Program-made: the position numbers and the translations under genes
Notes under the pieces: generated by a model
What the model was told of the DNA's origin: nothing
What the model saw: the letters and a program-made list of their open reading frames with translations, nothing else
The model's database searches: none
IMG/VR virus record: IMGVR_UViG_3300027782_000029
Span: 1 to 64,000 of that record
DNA length: 64,000 bases
Strand: one strand, 5' to 3'
Source of the DNA: a virus
Lineage: Duplodnaviria; Caudoviricetes
In this document: one piece after another, positions 10,982 to 20,230 of the stretch
Position numbering within the stretch: the stretch's first letter is position 1
Layout: each line of letters starts with the position of its first letter

Positions 10982-11358
10982 TAGCTAGGTACTTCCTTAG
11001 TTGCTCCAACAACCCAATATGCAACTTCCCCGTGCCTTCCCCTAACAGGGTAGGAGTCATCTATTACATACATCATCATAGGCTCTAATGGATTAAAAGA
11101 ACCTTCATATATTCTATCACCTGGTTTTGGATTTACTGTTGATTCAAAATAATATAATAAATCAGAGTTAACAAATATACCTTCTGGAAATTCTTGCTGT
11201 GCTGTAGCTAAAGCAAATTTTCTAGGTAGGTGTGATCTAGTTGTATATCTCTGCATCTCTGCGTCATAAACAAAATCATCAGATAATCTTCTTTGCAAAA
11301 GGATATCGTAACCCCATTGTCTTAGTATTTTTTTAAATACTTTTTGTGCATTAATCAT
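10981..11358 (-). CDS. Head closure/head-tail adaptor-like protein
   Basis: 125 aa; PKPGDRIYE and PVRGRHG motifs; neck-module position. Confidence 0.45.
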   Translation of the reverse strand: MINAQKVFKKILRQWGYDILLQRRLSDDFVYDAEMQRYTTRSHLPRKFALATAQQEFPEGIFVNSDLLYYFESTVNPKPGDRIYEGSFNPLEPMMMYVIDDSYPVRGRHGEVAYWVVGATKEVPS

Positions 11359-12313
11359 ATCTCTTTATATTTCTGTCAGGAATTGTATCGCCAGACTCTC
11401 CACTTGTTTCTCCAGGCCTATACATATCTCTTGGTCCATATATGTTGCTATCATTTATGTAAATTAATGCACCAGTTTGCGGATCTAAAGACCCTCCACT
11501 TTGATATATTCTTGAAACTGGAAAGCCCTTTGGTTGAACGCCTTTTAGGCCAACTCTCTTTGTTAGTATTTCTTTTCTTAAGGCTGCTGCAATTTGGCAC
11601 CAAGTTGTTGCATTTGCTCTTGTGACCGTAGCTCTAGGAACGTTTTTGTTGCTTATTTGTAGATCTCCAAGCTGAACACTCAACTCGTCATCCCCACCAA
11701 AACCATATGTCCTGCTTAACTCACATGCAACGGAAGCCCTGATATATTCTAGAACAGAATAAGTAGAGCTTGTTACAGCTACTATTTTTGCTAAAGGATC
11801 TTCCTCTGTACCAGGAAGAGTAGTGATTCCGTATAGTTGATTGATCTCATGAGAATATCTATGGACAATTTCACCAATCTCTAATAGGGTTGCATCTGGA
11901 AAAATTGGTAATAACTCCTCTGGGTCTAAATACAAGGGAGAAAGGCCTGGCGCAAATACAATTATTTCGTCTTCTCTTAAAGTGACAGTAGGCTTATATT
12001 CAACAGAAGTAGTACTAACATACAGCTGCTGAGTAACCCTAACGTATGAACCATCGGATAGATATCCCAAGAATAAAATACTATATTCGCCTGCAGTGGT
12101 TGGTGTAAAATCGTAATAACACTCTGAGGCTCCACCTGATGGTACTGGAATTCCTGGATTTGGCGTTATTACGCTGTTTCCATCTTTATTAGTAATGTTA
12201 ACGGTAACAGATACTGGAGATATTTCTGTTTGCTCAGAAGTTTGTGGATTAACGTCTACAAATTTAACTTTTATACGAACAGTATCGTTAACTAAAACGT
12301 TGCCTATAGACAT
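11351..12313 (-). CDS. Neck/head-tail connector protein with N-terminal Ig-like domain
   Basis: N-terminal beta-rich YYDFTPTTAGEYSILF; C-terminal helical region with VQLGDLQIS. Confidence 0.4.
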   Translation of the reverse strand: MSIGNVLVNDTVRIKVKFVDVNPQTSEQTEISPVSVTVNITNKDGNSVITPNPGIPVPSGGASECYYDFTPTTAGEYSILFLGYLSDGSYVRVTQQLYVSTTSVEYKPTVTLREDEIIVFAPGLSPLYLDPEELLPIFPDATLLEIGEIVHRYSHEINQLYGITTLPGTEEDPLAKIVAVTSSTYSVLEYIRASVACELSRTYGFGGDDELSVQLGDLQISNKNVPRATVTRANATTWCQIAAALRKEILTKRVGLKGVQPKGFPVSRIYQSGGSLDPQTGALIYINDSNIYGPRDMYRPGETSGESGDTIPDRNIKRYD

Positions 12314-12356
12314 ATTTACACCTCAAATTAAAGCAGATTATAGAATAATAGTAGTG

Positions 12357-12635
12357 TTAAATTAACTTTAGTGCAATTTCACCAGATTTCTGAGACGCTT
12401 GATATACTGCTCCTGCTTGACTTGAGCTAACTTGTATGGTCATAACGCCAGATGAAGTATAATCTATTGACATTACAGCAATCGTTGTAGCATTAGAGTA
12501 GTCTTCTGCAGAAATTTCAATTACATTAACATTTCCTATGATTATCGGGTTAGATATACCTTGTATATTAATTATTAATGAACCATAATAACTAAGCCCA
12601 GATTGGTTATAGGCTATAGCATCATTGTACCTCAT
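12357..12635 (-). CDS. Hypothetical virion protein
   Basis: ORF track; GAGG RBS upstream; fills the gap. Confidence 0.5.
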   Translation of the reverse strand: MRYNDAIAYNQSGLSYYGSLIINIQGISNPIIIGNVNVIEISAEDYSNATTIAVMSIDYTSSGVMTIQVSSSQAGAVYQASQKSGEIALKLI

Positions 12636-12687
12636 GTAACCCTCGCTTTAAATACAAATCCATATTTATAGTAACATGTTTATATTT

Positions 12688-12969
12688 TTAAAACCACCAA
12701 AAGTGCTTAACAATTGACAAACTGGCTAGAATTGTCCAAGCAACATTAAAAAGGATAATTGTAGGCAAGGTCTTGCGGGTTGATGTCCAGATAAGGCTTA
12801 CGCTTGACATAATGGCAAAAATATATAGCCACCACCATTGTTTATCAAGAAGAAGACCTGGGAAGATAATTGCAATTTTTGTAGCAAAGCCCCAAGCCTC
12901 AACTGTATTAACACTATTCCAGTATTGTTTAGAAGACATCGTTTTTATAGCATTGAAGATCTTATTCAT
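12688..12969 (-). CDS. Small multi-pass membrane protein
   Basis: 93 aa with about 3 hydrophobic Trp-rich segments. Confidence 0.6.
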   Translation of the reverse strand: MNKIFNAIKTMSSKQYWNSVNTVEAWGFATKIAIIFPGLLLDKQWWWLYIFAIMSSVSLIWTSTRKTLPTIILFNVAWTILASLSIVKHFWWF

Positions 12970-13142
12970 TGTTCACGTTTCTTTTGTTTATTTTTAGATA
13001 TTACTTCATTTTGTTTGTTAATATCCCTTATAAAAGTAAGAGCTTCACTGGCCCTCCATTGAGCATACTGTTGTTCAATTGTAGTGACAATTTTTTCAGG
13101 TTCTGCATTATGCTCAGAAGGTGTTAAATGTAGATTTTGCAT
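12966..13142 (-). CDS. Hypothetical protein (58 aa, not in track)
   Basis: Manual translation MQNLHLTPSEHNAEPEK...KKREQ*; overlaps the next gene by ATGA. Confidence 0.55.
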   Translation of the reverse strand: MQNLHLTPSEHNAEPEKIVTTIEQQYAQWRASEALTFIRDINKQNEVISKNKQKKREQ

Positions 13143-13145
13143 TGT

Positions 13146-13838
13146 TTATTCTAAAACTTTATCAATTTGTTGTTCAAATGTCAACTCGGGGTACTTTTGA
13201 CATGTATGAACAATCCACTGCTTAAACTGTTGTGACATTGCTGGATGTTCTGGAATGATCTTGTAGTCGTCATTACCCTTTAAAAACTTGGCAAGGTGCA
13301 TGTCAGGCATGGCGTCAATCTCGTCTAAAATAACTTGAGGAACTTCAAGCGTATCAAATGCCATCTTTGAATAGATGGCCATGGGATGATCGCTATTAAA
13401 TGGCTCTTCGACCATGAACGACCATTCTCTCATAATTTTAAAACATTGGTAAATTGATCTTGCTAACCACATTGACATTGGGGTAGGATTTTTTTGTAGA
13501 TCTGGAATAAGTGTACTGCCATCTGCATCGGTCTGTTTCATTTGCAGGTAGTCAATAAAGAAGTTAGGTACGTGAGAAATCACATGACCCCACTTGTCAA
13601 TTGAAGTGGTTTGAACTGAAAAATCTTCGTCATAGTCTGACTTCAATCCAGTTTCCCACGAGTCTTTTTCGTAAGGTGTACCTACTGCTACTCCTATGCC
13701 GCCATAAGAAAGGTTTTCGCATCTTCCGCCTCTATTGGCGTTCTTTCCCTCTTCAATAAAAATACACTTTTGGATAAAGAATACTCCCAGCTCTAATGGT
13801 CCGGCCTCTAATAGAAGTCTGTGTTCATCTATAACCAT
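13146..13838 (-). CDS. Hypothetical protein
   Basis: 230 aa ORF with GAGG RBS; tightly packed. Confidence 0.6.
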   Translation of the reverse strand: MVIDEHRLLLEAGPLELGVFFIQKCIFIEEGKNANRGGRCENLSYGGIGVAVGTPYEKDSWETGLKSDYDEDFSVQTTSIDKWGHVISHVPNFFIDYLQMKQTDADGSTLIPDLQKNPTPMSMWLARSIYQCFKIMREWSFMVEEPFNSDHPMAIYSKMAFDTLEVPQVILDEIDAMPDMHLAKFLKGNDDYKIIPEHPAMSQQFKQWIVHTCQKYPELTFEQQIDKVLE

Positions 13839-13840
13839 GA

Positions 13841-14086
13841 TTATTCCTCACTGTTTAGTTGTTCTATTTTTTTTTCAATTGCAACCATTTTTTCACAATG
13901 GCTTTTTAAAAAAAGATTATTTTCATTAAATTGTATACCAATTAAATTTTTTTCTGAATAATTTTTGTAATCAAATGTTTCTGGATCAAAACCAGCAAGT
14001 AAACAGTATTTGTATAGCTCTATTGATATTGATTGTTTTACTTGTGATAAAAAATTAATCTTATCTTGAGGATTTTGAGTTGTCAT
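13841..14086 (-). CDS. Hypothetical protein (paralogue-like to 17352..17582)
   Basis: Shares 'Y..C..(A/L)G.D..TFD' with 17352..17582. Confidence 0.55.
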   Translation of the reverse strand: MTTQNPQDKINFLSQVKQSISIELYKYCLLAGFDPETFDYKNYSEKNLIGIQFNENNLFLKSHCEKMVAIEKKIEQLNSEE

Positions 14087-14091
14087 ATTGT

Positions 14092-14877
14092 TTATTTTCT
14101 TCTAAAATAACTTTTCTTTTTTATACTGTTTGATTCTAGTTCCGCATCAAAATCTTTTGTTGCTCTTCTATATGCAGCAGAGGTAGAACCTATTGGGAAT
14201 AAAGAACCATTTCCATATCCTCTTGCGTGATACATCTTATACATTGAATCATCTTCAAATGTAATTTTTGAAATATCTTCACTTCTTTTAAATGGAATTA
14301 GATGCATTAAGGGTGTTCCGTATTCAATCTTAAATGATGAATTACCAGTAATATTTAACACACAATTTAAGTTGTGATAAAAATCAGTATTTACGACAGC
14401 TGGTATCACATGAAAGTTTTTATTTGGCTCATACATAACTGGAAGAACTAAAGTTGACCAACCTGGCGCTGTTCTAAATAGCCATGGATTAACTATCTTT
14501 GGATAATAGCCGTCCTGAACATCTCTTACTTCTGACATTGGACATTTGCCGGTAGACTCAAACGGAAAAGGTTCATTTGTAAATTGAAATTGAGAAAATG
14601 GAATATTCTCCATCATAAGATTCCATTTAGAATCTGAATCAGGACTTGGCTCTAAATAAATATTTGTCCATGCAGGAACTGTGACCCCAATTGATAAATA
14701 GTCCATTACACCAGCACAGCGTCTAACTGATTTGCCTTTTGGTATGAGTCTAAACCATTTCGGAAGAGAAGCTGGATTATTTACAATAGGCGGCATTTCT
14801 AACAGTCTATTATCGTGTGGAGTTATAATTATTTCTCCCGGTTTTGGCTTCTTAGTTTGCCCGTAATGCTTATGCAT
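14092..14877 (-). CDS. Hypothetical protein, jelly-roll/dUTPase-like fold suspected
   Basis: KI.NPW.F.TAPGWSTL...PAVVNTD...I..GTPL..LIPFKR pattern common in phage oxygenase islands. Confidence 0.5.
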   Translation of the reverse strand: MHKHYGQTKKPKPGEIIITPHDNRLLEMPPIVNNPASLPKWFRLIPKGKSVRRCAGVMDYLSIGVTVPAWTNIYLEPSPDSDSKWNLMMENIPFSQFQFTNEPFPFESTGKCPMSEVRDVQDGYYPKIVNPWLFRTAPGWSTLVLPVMYEPNKNFHVIPAVVNTDFYHNLNCVLNITGNSSFKIEYGTPLMHLIPFKRSEDISKITFEDDSMYKMYHARGYGNGSLFPIGSTSAAYRRATKDFDAELESNSIKKKSYFRRK

Positions 14878-16366
14878 AATTCTCTATCTCTCTTAATGCC
14901 TCAGCATGATCTACAAGTTCGTGGTTATGTCTATTTGAATTAGTCTGACTCATTGAGTTCTTTACTATGCCATGCAAGTTCAATCTTCGCAAAGAAAGGC
15001 CAGCACTATTTCTATTTAATACATTTTGACCCTGTGCTACGTGAATAAAATGAGCGGAAGCAAATAACTGCCCACTATTTGTTGGTATGTCATTTCTGTT
15101 TGGAGGACGCTCTGACCATAAGTCAAGCAAGTTTTGCAGACCTTCTGGAATTGGCATGTTTGCCATTTCTCTCCAGAATGGAGTATCTCTTCTATCAGAA
15201 ATGTAATGAAGTCTAACCATATCAAGTATGTTAAGCATCATTGCTTCCATGTCTGCATTGTATTTTTTGTGCATTGCGGTTGATTCTGGAGTGTATGCTG
15301 CAAGAGATGGTATTAGCCATCTCATCTGCTGGATTGTTGATCCTATACTAGATGCCTCTAATGGCTCAACAAAACTTGAAGAAAGGCCAACTGCGCAACA
15401 GTTTTTAACCCAAGATTTTTTTAAATACCCTGCGTCAAATCTTATTATTCTATGATTAGGTATTTTTGCACCAATCATTTTTTCTGCTTCTTCTACAGCT
15501 TCTTCTTCAGATAAGAACTTAGAGCTAAATACGTATCCGTTACCTCTTCTGCTTTGCGTTGGAATCTCCCACATCCAACCAGACGATGCTGCTCTAGCTC
15601 TTGTGTATGGTCTTATTTCTCCATTTGGATCAGACTGTGTTGGAAAAGCTATTGCTGAATCGCATAGCAAATAATCCTTAAAAGAAACCCATTCGGTATT
15701 CTGTAGTGAATTCATCAAAACTCTGGAGAATCCTGAAGCATCAATCCAAAAGTCTGATTGTATTTCATTTCCATCTTGTGTTTTTACTGATGTAATATTT
15801 CCATTTTTTTCATCTAAATTTACATCTTTTACTTCTGCGTCAATTATCTTAATCATTCTTTCAAAACAAAGTTGAGAAAAATACTGATTTAATTTAAACG
15901 TATCAAAATGAAATTGATTTGTATTTTCGTGAAGACCTAGTCTTCTAATTTTATTACTGTGTAATCCAACAGATGCTGTTTGATGAGTTAATAGTTTTCC
16001 CTTTTCTATAAAACCCATATATGTTGGATAGGATGAGAACGACCAAAGTTGATCTTCTCCATTGATGCTATGGAAATAATCTGGAATCTCAGTATTCCAA
16101 TTTTCAAACCTTATACCATACTTGTGAGTTGCCTCAGTTGATATTAATAGTTCATCGGTTGGGATGTCACAGATTTTCATAAACTCTCGCCAATGCTCTG
16201 TGCTTCCTTCTCCAACGCCAATTATGCCTATTTTTGAAGAAGATAAAATTGTTATTTCACAATTTGGAAAAGCTCTTTTTAACATTAGGGCTGATATAAA
16301 TCCAGCTGTACCAGAACCAATTATAGTTATTTTAAAATTTTCGTTTTGAGTCATCATAAATACCAT
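14870..16366 (-). CDS. Tryptophan halogenase-like flavin-dependent enzyme
   Basis: IIGSGTAG FAD motif, IGVGEGST, WIDASGF, GWMWEIP (WxWxIP), RRGNGYVF, FVEPLEASSI. Confidence 0.9.
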   Translation of the reverse strand: MVFMMTQNENFKITIIGSGTAGFISALMLKRAFPNCEITILSSSKIGIIGVGEGSTEHWREFMKICDIPTDELLISTEATHKYGIRFENWNTEIPDYFHSINGEDQLWSFSSYPTYMGFIEKGKLLTHQTASVGLHSNKIRRLGLHENTNQFHFDTFKLNQYFSQLCFERMIKIIDAEVKDVNLDEKNGNITSVKTQDGNEIQSDFWIDASGFSRVLMNSLQNTEWVSFKDYLLCDSAIAFPTQSDPNGEIRPYTRARAASSGWMWEIPTQSRRGNGYVFSSKFLSEEEAVEEAEKMIGAKIPNHRIIRFDAGYLKKSWVKNCCAVGLSSSFVEPLEASSIGSTIQQMRWLIPSLAAYTPESTAMHKKYNADMEAMMLNILDMVRLHYISDRRDTPFWREMANMPIPEGLQNLLDLWSERPPNRNDIPTNSGQLFASAHFIHVAQGQNVLNRNSAGLSLRRLNLHGIVKNSMSQTNSNRHNHELVDHAEALREIENYA

Positions 16367-16959
16367 GTTACCAGAGAATACTTAGTTCCGTCAACAACTG
16401 GTCTTGCTATATGTAAGTACGGATAGTTGGAAGGAAAAAAGATAACACTTCCTTCATTCAACTTTATGCTTAAATCAAAATATGGAAACTCTAACTGTCC
16501 TCCAGTAGAATCATTCTTTAAGCAAGCTACCATTGAGAATACTCTAATAATGTTTGATTTAGTATCTGAATCGCTATGTGCTCTATATTGAGCGCCATTT
16601 AAATACTTAAGAACGCTCATCGGCTCATGAATAAAAGAATTAATATTAAATTCTAAACCATAGTCTTTTACACATTCATCTATTTTTTGATAAATAGAAT
16701 CTTTAAAAAGTGGATATAATCTGTGGGTGTTTTTAGGGTCCATGATAAGAGAAATATCACAAGATATAGAGCTTCTGTATTCAGAATAGTTACCAGAACC
16801 AGTAAGGGAAGCGTCCCAATAAACGGCTCCTTCTGGAGCACTGCATTCTTTTTCTAACTCTTCTATAAACTTATCTGCATTAAAGATATTTTCATATAAC
16901 ACAATTCCAGGTGCTAAAGATGTTATTATTTTTTCAGTTGACAACTTCAATCTCTCCAC
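16354..16959 (-). CDS. 2OG-Fe(II) oxygenase (prolyl-4-hydroxylase-like)
   Basis: YRAHSD (HxD), GGQLEF, FFPSNYPYLH.ARPV..GTKYSLVTW. True start is probably a few codons downstream. Confidence 0.85.
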   Translation of the reverse strand: MERLKLSTEKIITSLAPGIVLYENIFNADKFIEELEKECSAPEGAVYWDASLTGSGNYSEYRSSISCDISLIMDPKNTHRLYPLFKDSIYQKIDECVKDYGLEFNINSFIHEPMSVLKYLNGAQYRAHSDSDTKSNIIRVFSMVACLKNDSTGGQLEFPYFDLSIKLNEGSVIFFPSNYPYLHIARPVVDGTKYSLVTWYL

Positions 16960-17350
16960 TGTCTAATATGTTGTTGTCTTTTATAATTTTAATAGTCCAA
17001 TTTCCATTTTTAGGAAATCTAATTATATATCTAACAAAGTGTTGTTCCATAAAAGACATTTTTGCTTTAATGTTTAAATCATCTATTGAAGCCCAGCACT
17101 CTACCTGTGGATCTAAGTTTATCCAATCATTTTCATAACCTACTGGACAAGCAAACATCTTTCTTACTTTTTTGGGAAAACCCAAGAATCTTTCTTTTGG
17201 AATAAAAATAACCTGAACAATATTTCTATCAAAATTTAAAGATTTAGTATGTTCGTTTTCACCATAAAGTATTGGAAGACCGGTTTGAACGGCAATAGAT
17301 TCTGCTTCTTTTTTATATTCTTCAGAAGGAGAATATACAATTCTATTCAC
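16934..17350 (-). CDS. Hypothetical protein
   Basis: 138 aa ORF, tightly packed. Confidence 0.55.
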   Translation of the reverse strand: MNRIVYSPSEEYKKEAESIAVQTGLPILYGENEHTKSLNFDRNIVQVIFIPKERFLGFPKKVRKMFACPVGYENDWINLDPQVECWASIDDLNIKAKMSFMEQHFVRYIIRFPKNGNWTIKIIKDNNILDSGEIEVVN

Positions 17351-17351
17351 A

Positions 17352-17582
17352 TTAATCCTCTAATTTAGAAGCAACCGCCATATAAGCCTTGCAAGCTTGT
17401 TCTAACATGATTGTTTCATGTTGAACTACTGGAGATGGAGACACATAATCCTCTGGATCAAATGTATCAGAATCTATACCCAAGATAGCACATAGTCTAT
17501 ATATATCTCTTGATTTTGAAGCTTTTACTTCTTCAAGAATTGCGTTTTTTTGTTCTTCTGTTAATGAATTTAAAAAAGACAT
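17352..17582 (-). CDS. Hypothetical protein
   Basis: 76 aa; GGAG RBS. Confidence 0.55.
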   Translation of the reverse strand: MSFLNSLTEEQKNAILEEVKASKSRDIYRLCAILGIDSDTFDPEDYVSPSPVVQHETIMLEQACKAYMAVASKLED

Positions 17583-17597
17583 TTTTTTTCTCCTATT

Positions 17598-19157
17598 TTA
17601 TAAGTTTAGTATAACATATGAATATCCACTTGAGGCAGCATAGTTATCTGAATCTGCAGTGAGGCCTGATCTAACGTCTATAGTAATACCAACTGGGAGA
17701 GAGGCATCTGTTACTATAATTGAACCACCGCCACCACCAGCTCCTCCACGCTTACCTGGGCTTCCGGTTACAGCTGGAGCTCCAGCACCTCCGTCGCCAC
17801 CAGCTCCTCCGCTATATACACTAGGAGCAACGTGAGACCCAGCATTAGCTGGTACGTGTGTCCAGTTTTGGGTAGTATGAGAATTGGTGTGACCTATATG
17901 AGGCTCATGATTGTGATGGGGTCCAGTTCCATGAATGTTTCCATGGTTATTACTTACGTGATAGTGACCAAAGTGACCTGGATGGGAATGCCCATAAACA
18001 TAATGGTTTTGATTTACATTGTCTCCATGGTGACCGCCGTCTGCATGTTGGTAATGGTGATTGTGTCCATACTGATGGCCTGGATGAGTATGTCCTGCGT
18101 GAGCGTGCGTGTGAATACCTTTGTAGCCAATATCATATGCGTAACTGTGAGAATGAAAGTTTCTTCCCACCAAAGCTATATGATGAATTGCGTAATCTCC
18201 ATGGCCATGGTGGGGAATATGACCATGGTTATGAGTGTCATATGCTCCATGTGCTCCAGAATTTGCATTTGCATGAGATATTTGTGGAGCCTGGTGACCA
18301 TCAACTAAGTCAGAACCAGAAGTTCCTCTTTGTGTAGTTGAAGCGTAAGCAGTTTTTGCCGGACCTGCTGAACCTCCAGTTCCTGCAGTTCCAGAAGATC
18401 CAGTAGCACCGCTGATTCCAATACTAATTACTTTTCCTGATCCTGTAATAGTTTTAGCTGCAATAAGGACAACACCGCCACCAGCTCCACCAGCTCCACC
18501 AGCTCCACCAGGGCCAACTGTTGCTCCCGTTTTTGTCCCTGGATATCCAGTGTTTCCTCTGCCTCCAGCTGCGTTTACAGTTGTAGCATTGGGGGCATAC
18601 GTTCCGTTTGTGCCGGCTGCACCGCCGATTCCAGGCCAACTATTTGGTGCATATATTGGTGCGTTTGCTCCAGTGGTTCCAGTTGTACCTGCTGAGCCAC
18701 CTTTTACTGAGATAAAAGATTGCGTAGATGGATCAGCCACTGAGCCAAATAATAAAAATTCTATATTTGTTCTATAGGTTTCTGGAAGCTGTGTAGCGCT
18801 TGAAGAAGATCCTCCGCCTCCTGCACCACCAACGGAATATGTTAACGATGTTGAGTTACTAGTTCCAGAATTAGTTCCATTTGATACGGTTCCAGATGGC
18901 TCACCTACTGTACTTCCGCTTAAAGTCCCTATACCTATTCCTCCATTTAGTGTTAGCGTATCTTGAACAAATATTCTAAAACCTGAAGTATTTAACATAA
19001 CTCCTGAGTTAACAGTTAAGTTGCTATAATACATATCCCTTGTTAATGTAGTATTGCTAGCAATAGTAACAGTGCCATCAGTTCCTGTTCCATAAACAGA
19101 ATCATTACCAATTCTTTGTACTAATGTTTGTTTATTGTATCTTTCCAGGCCAGCCAT
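17598..19157 (-). CDS. Gly-rich fibre/virion protein with His-rich insertion
   Basis: Start moved to ATG GCT at 19157, just after the upstream TGA. GxxGxxG repeats; His-rich segment at about 17850-18300. Confidence 0.65.
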   Translation of the reverse strand: MAGLERYNKQTLVQRIGNDSVYGTGTDGTVTIASNTTLTRDMYYSNLTVNSGVMLNTSGFRIFVQDTLTLNGGIGIGTLSGSTVGEPSGTVSNGTNSGTSNSTSLTYSVGGAGGGGSSSSATQLPETYRTNIEFLLFGSVADPSTQSFISVKGGSAGTTGTTGANAPIYAPNSWPGIGGAAGTNGTYAPNATTVNAAGGRGNTGYPGTKTGATVGPGGAGGAGGAGGGVVLIAAKTITGSGKVISIGISGATGSSGTAGTGGSAGPAKTAYASTTQRGTSGSDLVDGHQAPQISHANANSGAHGAYDTHNHGHIPHHGHGDYAIHHIALVGRNFHSHSYAYDIGYKGIHTHAHAGHTHPGHQYGHNHHYQHADGGHHGDNVNQNHYVYGHSHPGHFGHYHVSNNHGNIHGTGPHHNHEPHIGHTNSHTTQNWTHVPANAGSHVAPSVYSGGAGGDGGAGAPAVTGSPGKRGGAGGGGGSIIVTDASLPVGITIDVRSGLTADSDNYAASSGYSYVILNL

Positions 19158-19158
19158 A

Positions 19159-19869
19159 TCACACCAGTTGAAGGTATTTAGAAGTTCCCGATGCATTCCC
19201 TGTAACGGAAGTGGTCACTCCAGCTGGAAGAGCGGCAGAAGAACTAATCACAATTACCACTCCACCACCTGCTGGCGATGTTGCATTAGCGGAGATAGTT
19301 GCAGATCCAGATGTAGGAGGAGTGATGTATCTTGCAGCAACAATGACAACACCTCCACCTTCTTGTGATGTTCCGCCTGCACCCCCGCGAAGAAACGTTG
19401 GCGTGGTTGTTGTTGCACTGACTGCATAACCTTTGATCGCTTGCCATGGAACGTCGTAGTAGTTTGAACTACCAAGACCAGCAATAGGTGCTGTAGCTGT
19501 CTGTGTTGATGATGCACCACCAAGACTGTTTGTGACGGGCGTATTTGCTGCTCCGCCTTGAGCAATGGATCCTGATGTTGAAAAGCCAGTAGTAAAACCA
19601 ATAACGGACGATGCATTGAGCGTAAGGATATTCTTAACAAATAGTCTGTAGCCAGCAGTCTTGAGTGTTACGCTTGCATTGATGGTCAGGTTGTAGCAAT
19701 AAATGTCTCGAGTCATTGTGTAAACCGATGATGAGGGGGCCATGGAAAGAATGGTTGTGGTGCCATCAAGAGTGACAGAACCATCCATCCCTGTCCCGTA
19801 TACAGGGTCCGGAGAGTCGATGAACGATGCCATCGCACTAGGTGCCCCATATCTAACTAATCCCGACAT
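19159..19869 (-). CDS. Gly-rich virion protein, paralogue of the downstream gene
   Basis: Shared VYGTG.DG.VT...TRD.Y..NLT.N..V.L.T.G.R.FV and GGGGGVV...A..I motifs. Confidence 0.6.
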   Translation of the reverse strand: MSGLVRYGAPSAMASFIDSPDPVYGTGMDGSVTLDGTTTILSMAPSSSVYTMTRDIYCYNLTINASVTLKTAGYRLFVKNILTLNASSVIGFTTGFSTSGSIAQGGAANTPVTNSLGGASSTQTATAPIAGLGSSNYYDVPWQAIKGYAVSATTTTPTFLRGGAGGTSQEGGGVVIVAARYITPPTSGSATISANATSPAGGGVVIVISSSAALPAGVTTSVTGNASGTSKYLQLV

Positions 19870-19870
19870 T

Positions 19871-20230
19871 TTATGTTTCTTCTATTCCAACCACAGTTAT
19901 GTTAACAGAAGTAGCAGAACTACAAAGAGCAGCTAATTGATCACTATTTGTAGCATTTGCTGTTGATCCATTGTTGTTTAAGACTAATGAACAGTTGAAG
20001 GACATTGATTCATTTGCCGCAAGCGACATTGCGCTAATGATATCATGAGTTGCTGCTTCAGCTACTCCTAATGGCTTTAATCTAACCGTAACAGTTTTTG
20101 CGGATGCTGTTGTATTAGTTAAAATTATTTGTTTAACGATTGTAGTAGTGCTGATCGGAACTGTATAGTAAATGGCAGAAGATGCCGTTAACTGTGCGGG
20201 ACCAGCAAGTCGTTTTTGTGTAATTGCCAT
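19871..20230 (-). CDS. Small virion structural protein
   Basis: 119 aa, beta-rich (YTVP..TTTIVKQIILTN). Confidence 0.55.
   Translation of the reverse strand: MAITQKRLAGPAQLTASSAIYYTVPISTTTIVKQIILTNTTASAKTVTVRLKPLGVAEAATHDIISAMSLAANESMSFNCSLVLNNNGSTANATNSDQLAALCSSATSVNITVVGIEET

Noticed and set aside
19157-19200. Frameshift fusion of the two paralogous Gly-rich genes (overlap in the ORF track)
   Set aside because: The upstream gene ends TGA followed by T-ATG, i.e. ordinary translational coupling. The overlap comes from the track choosing an upstream ATG.
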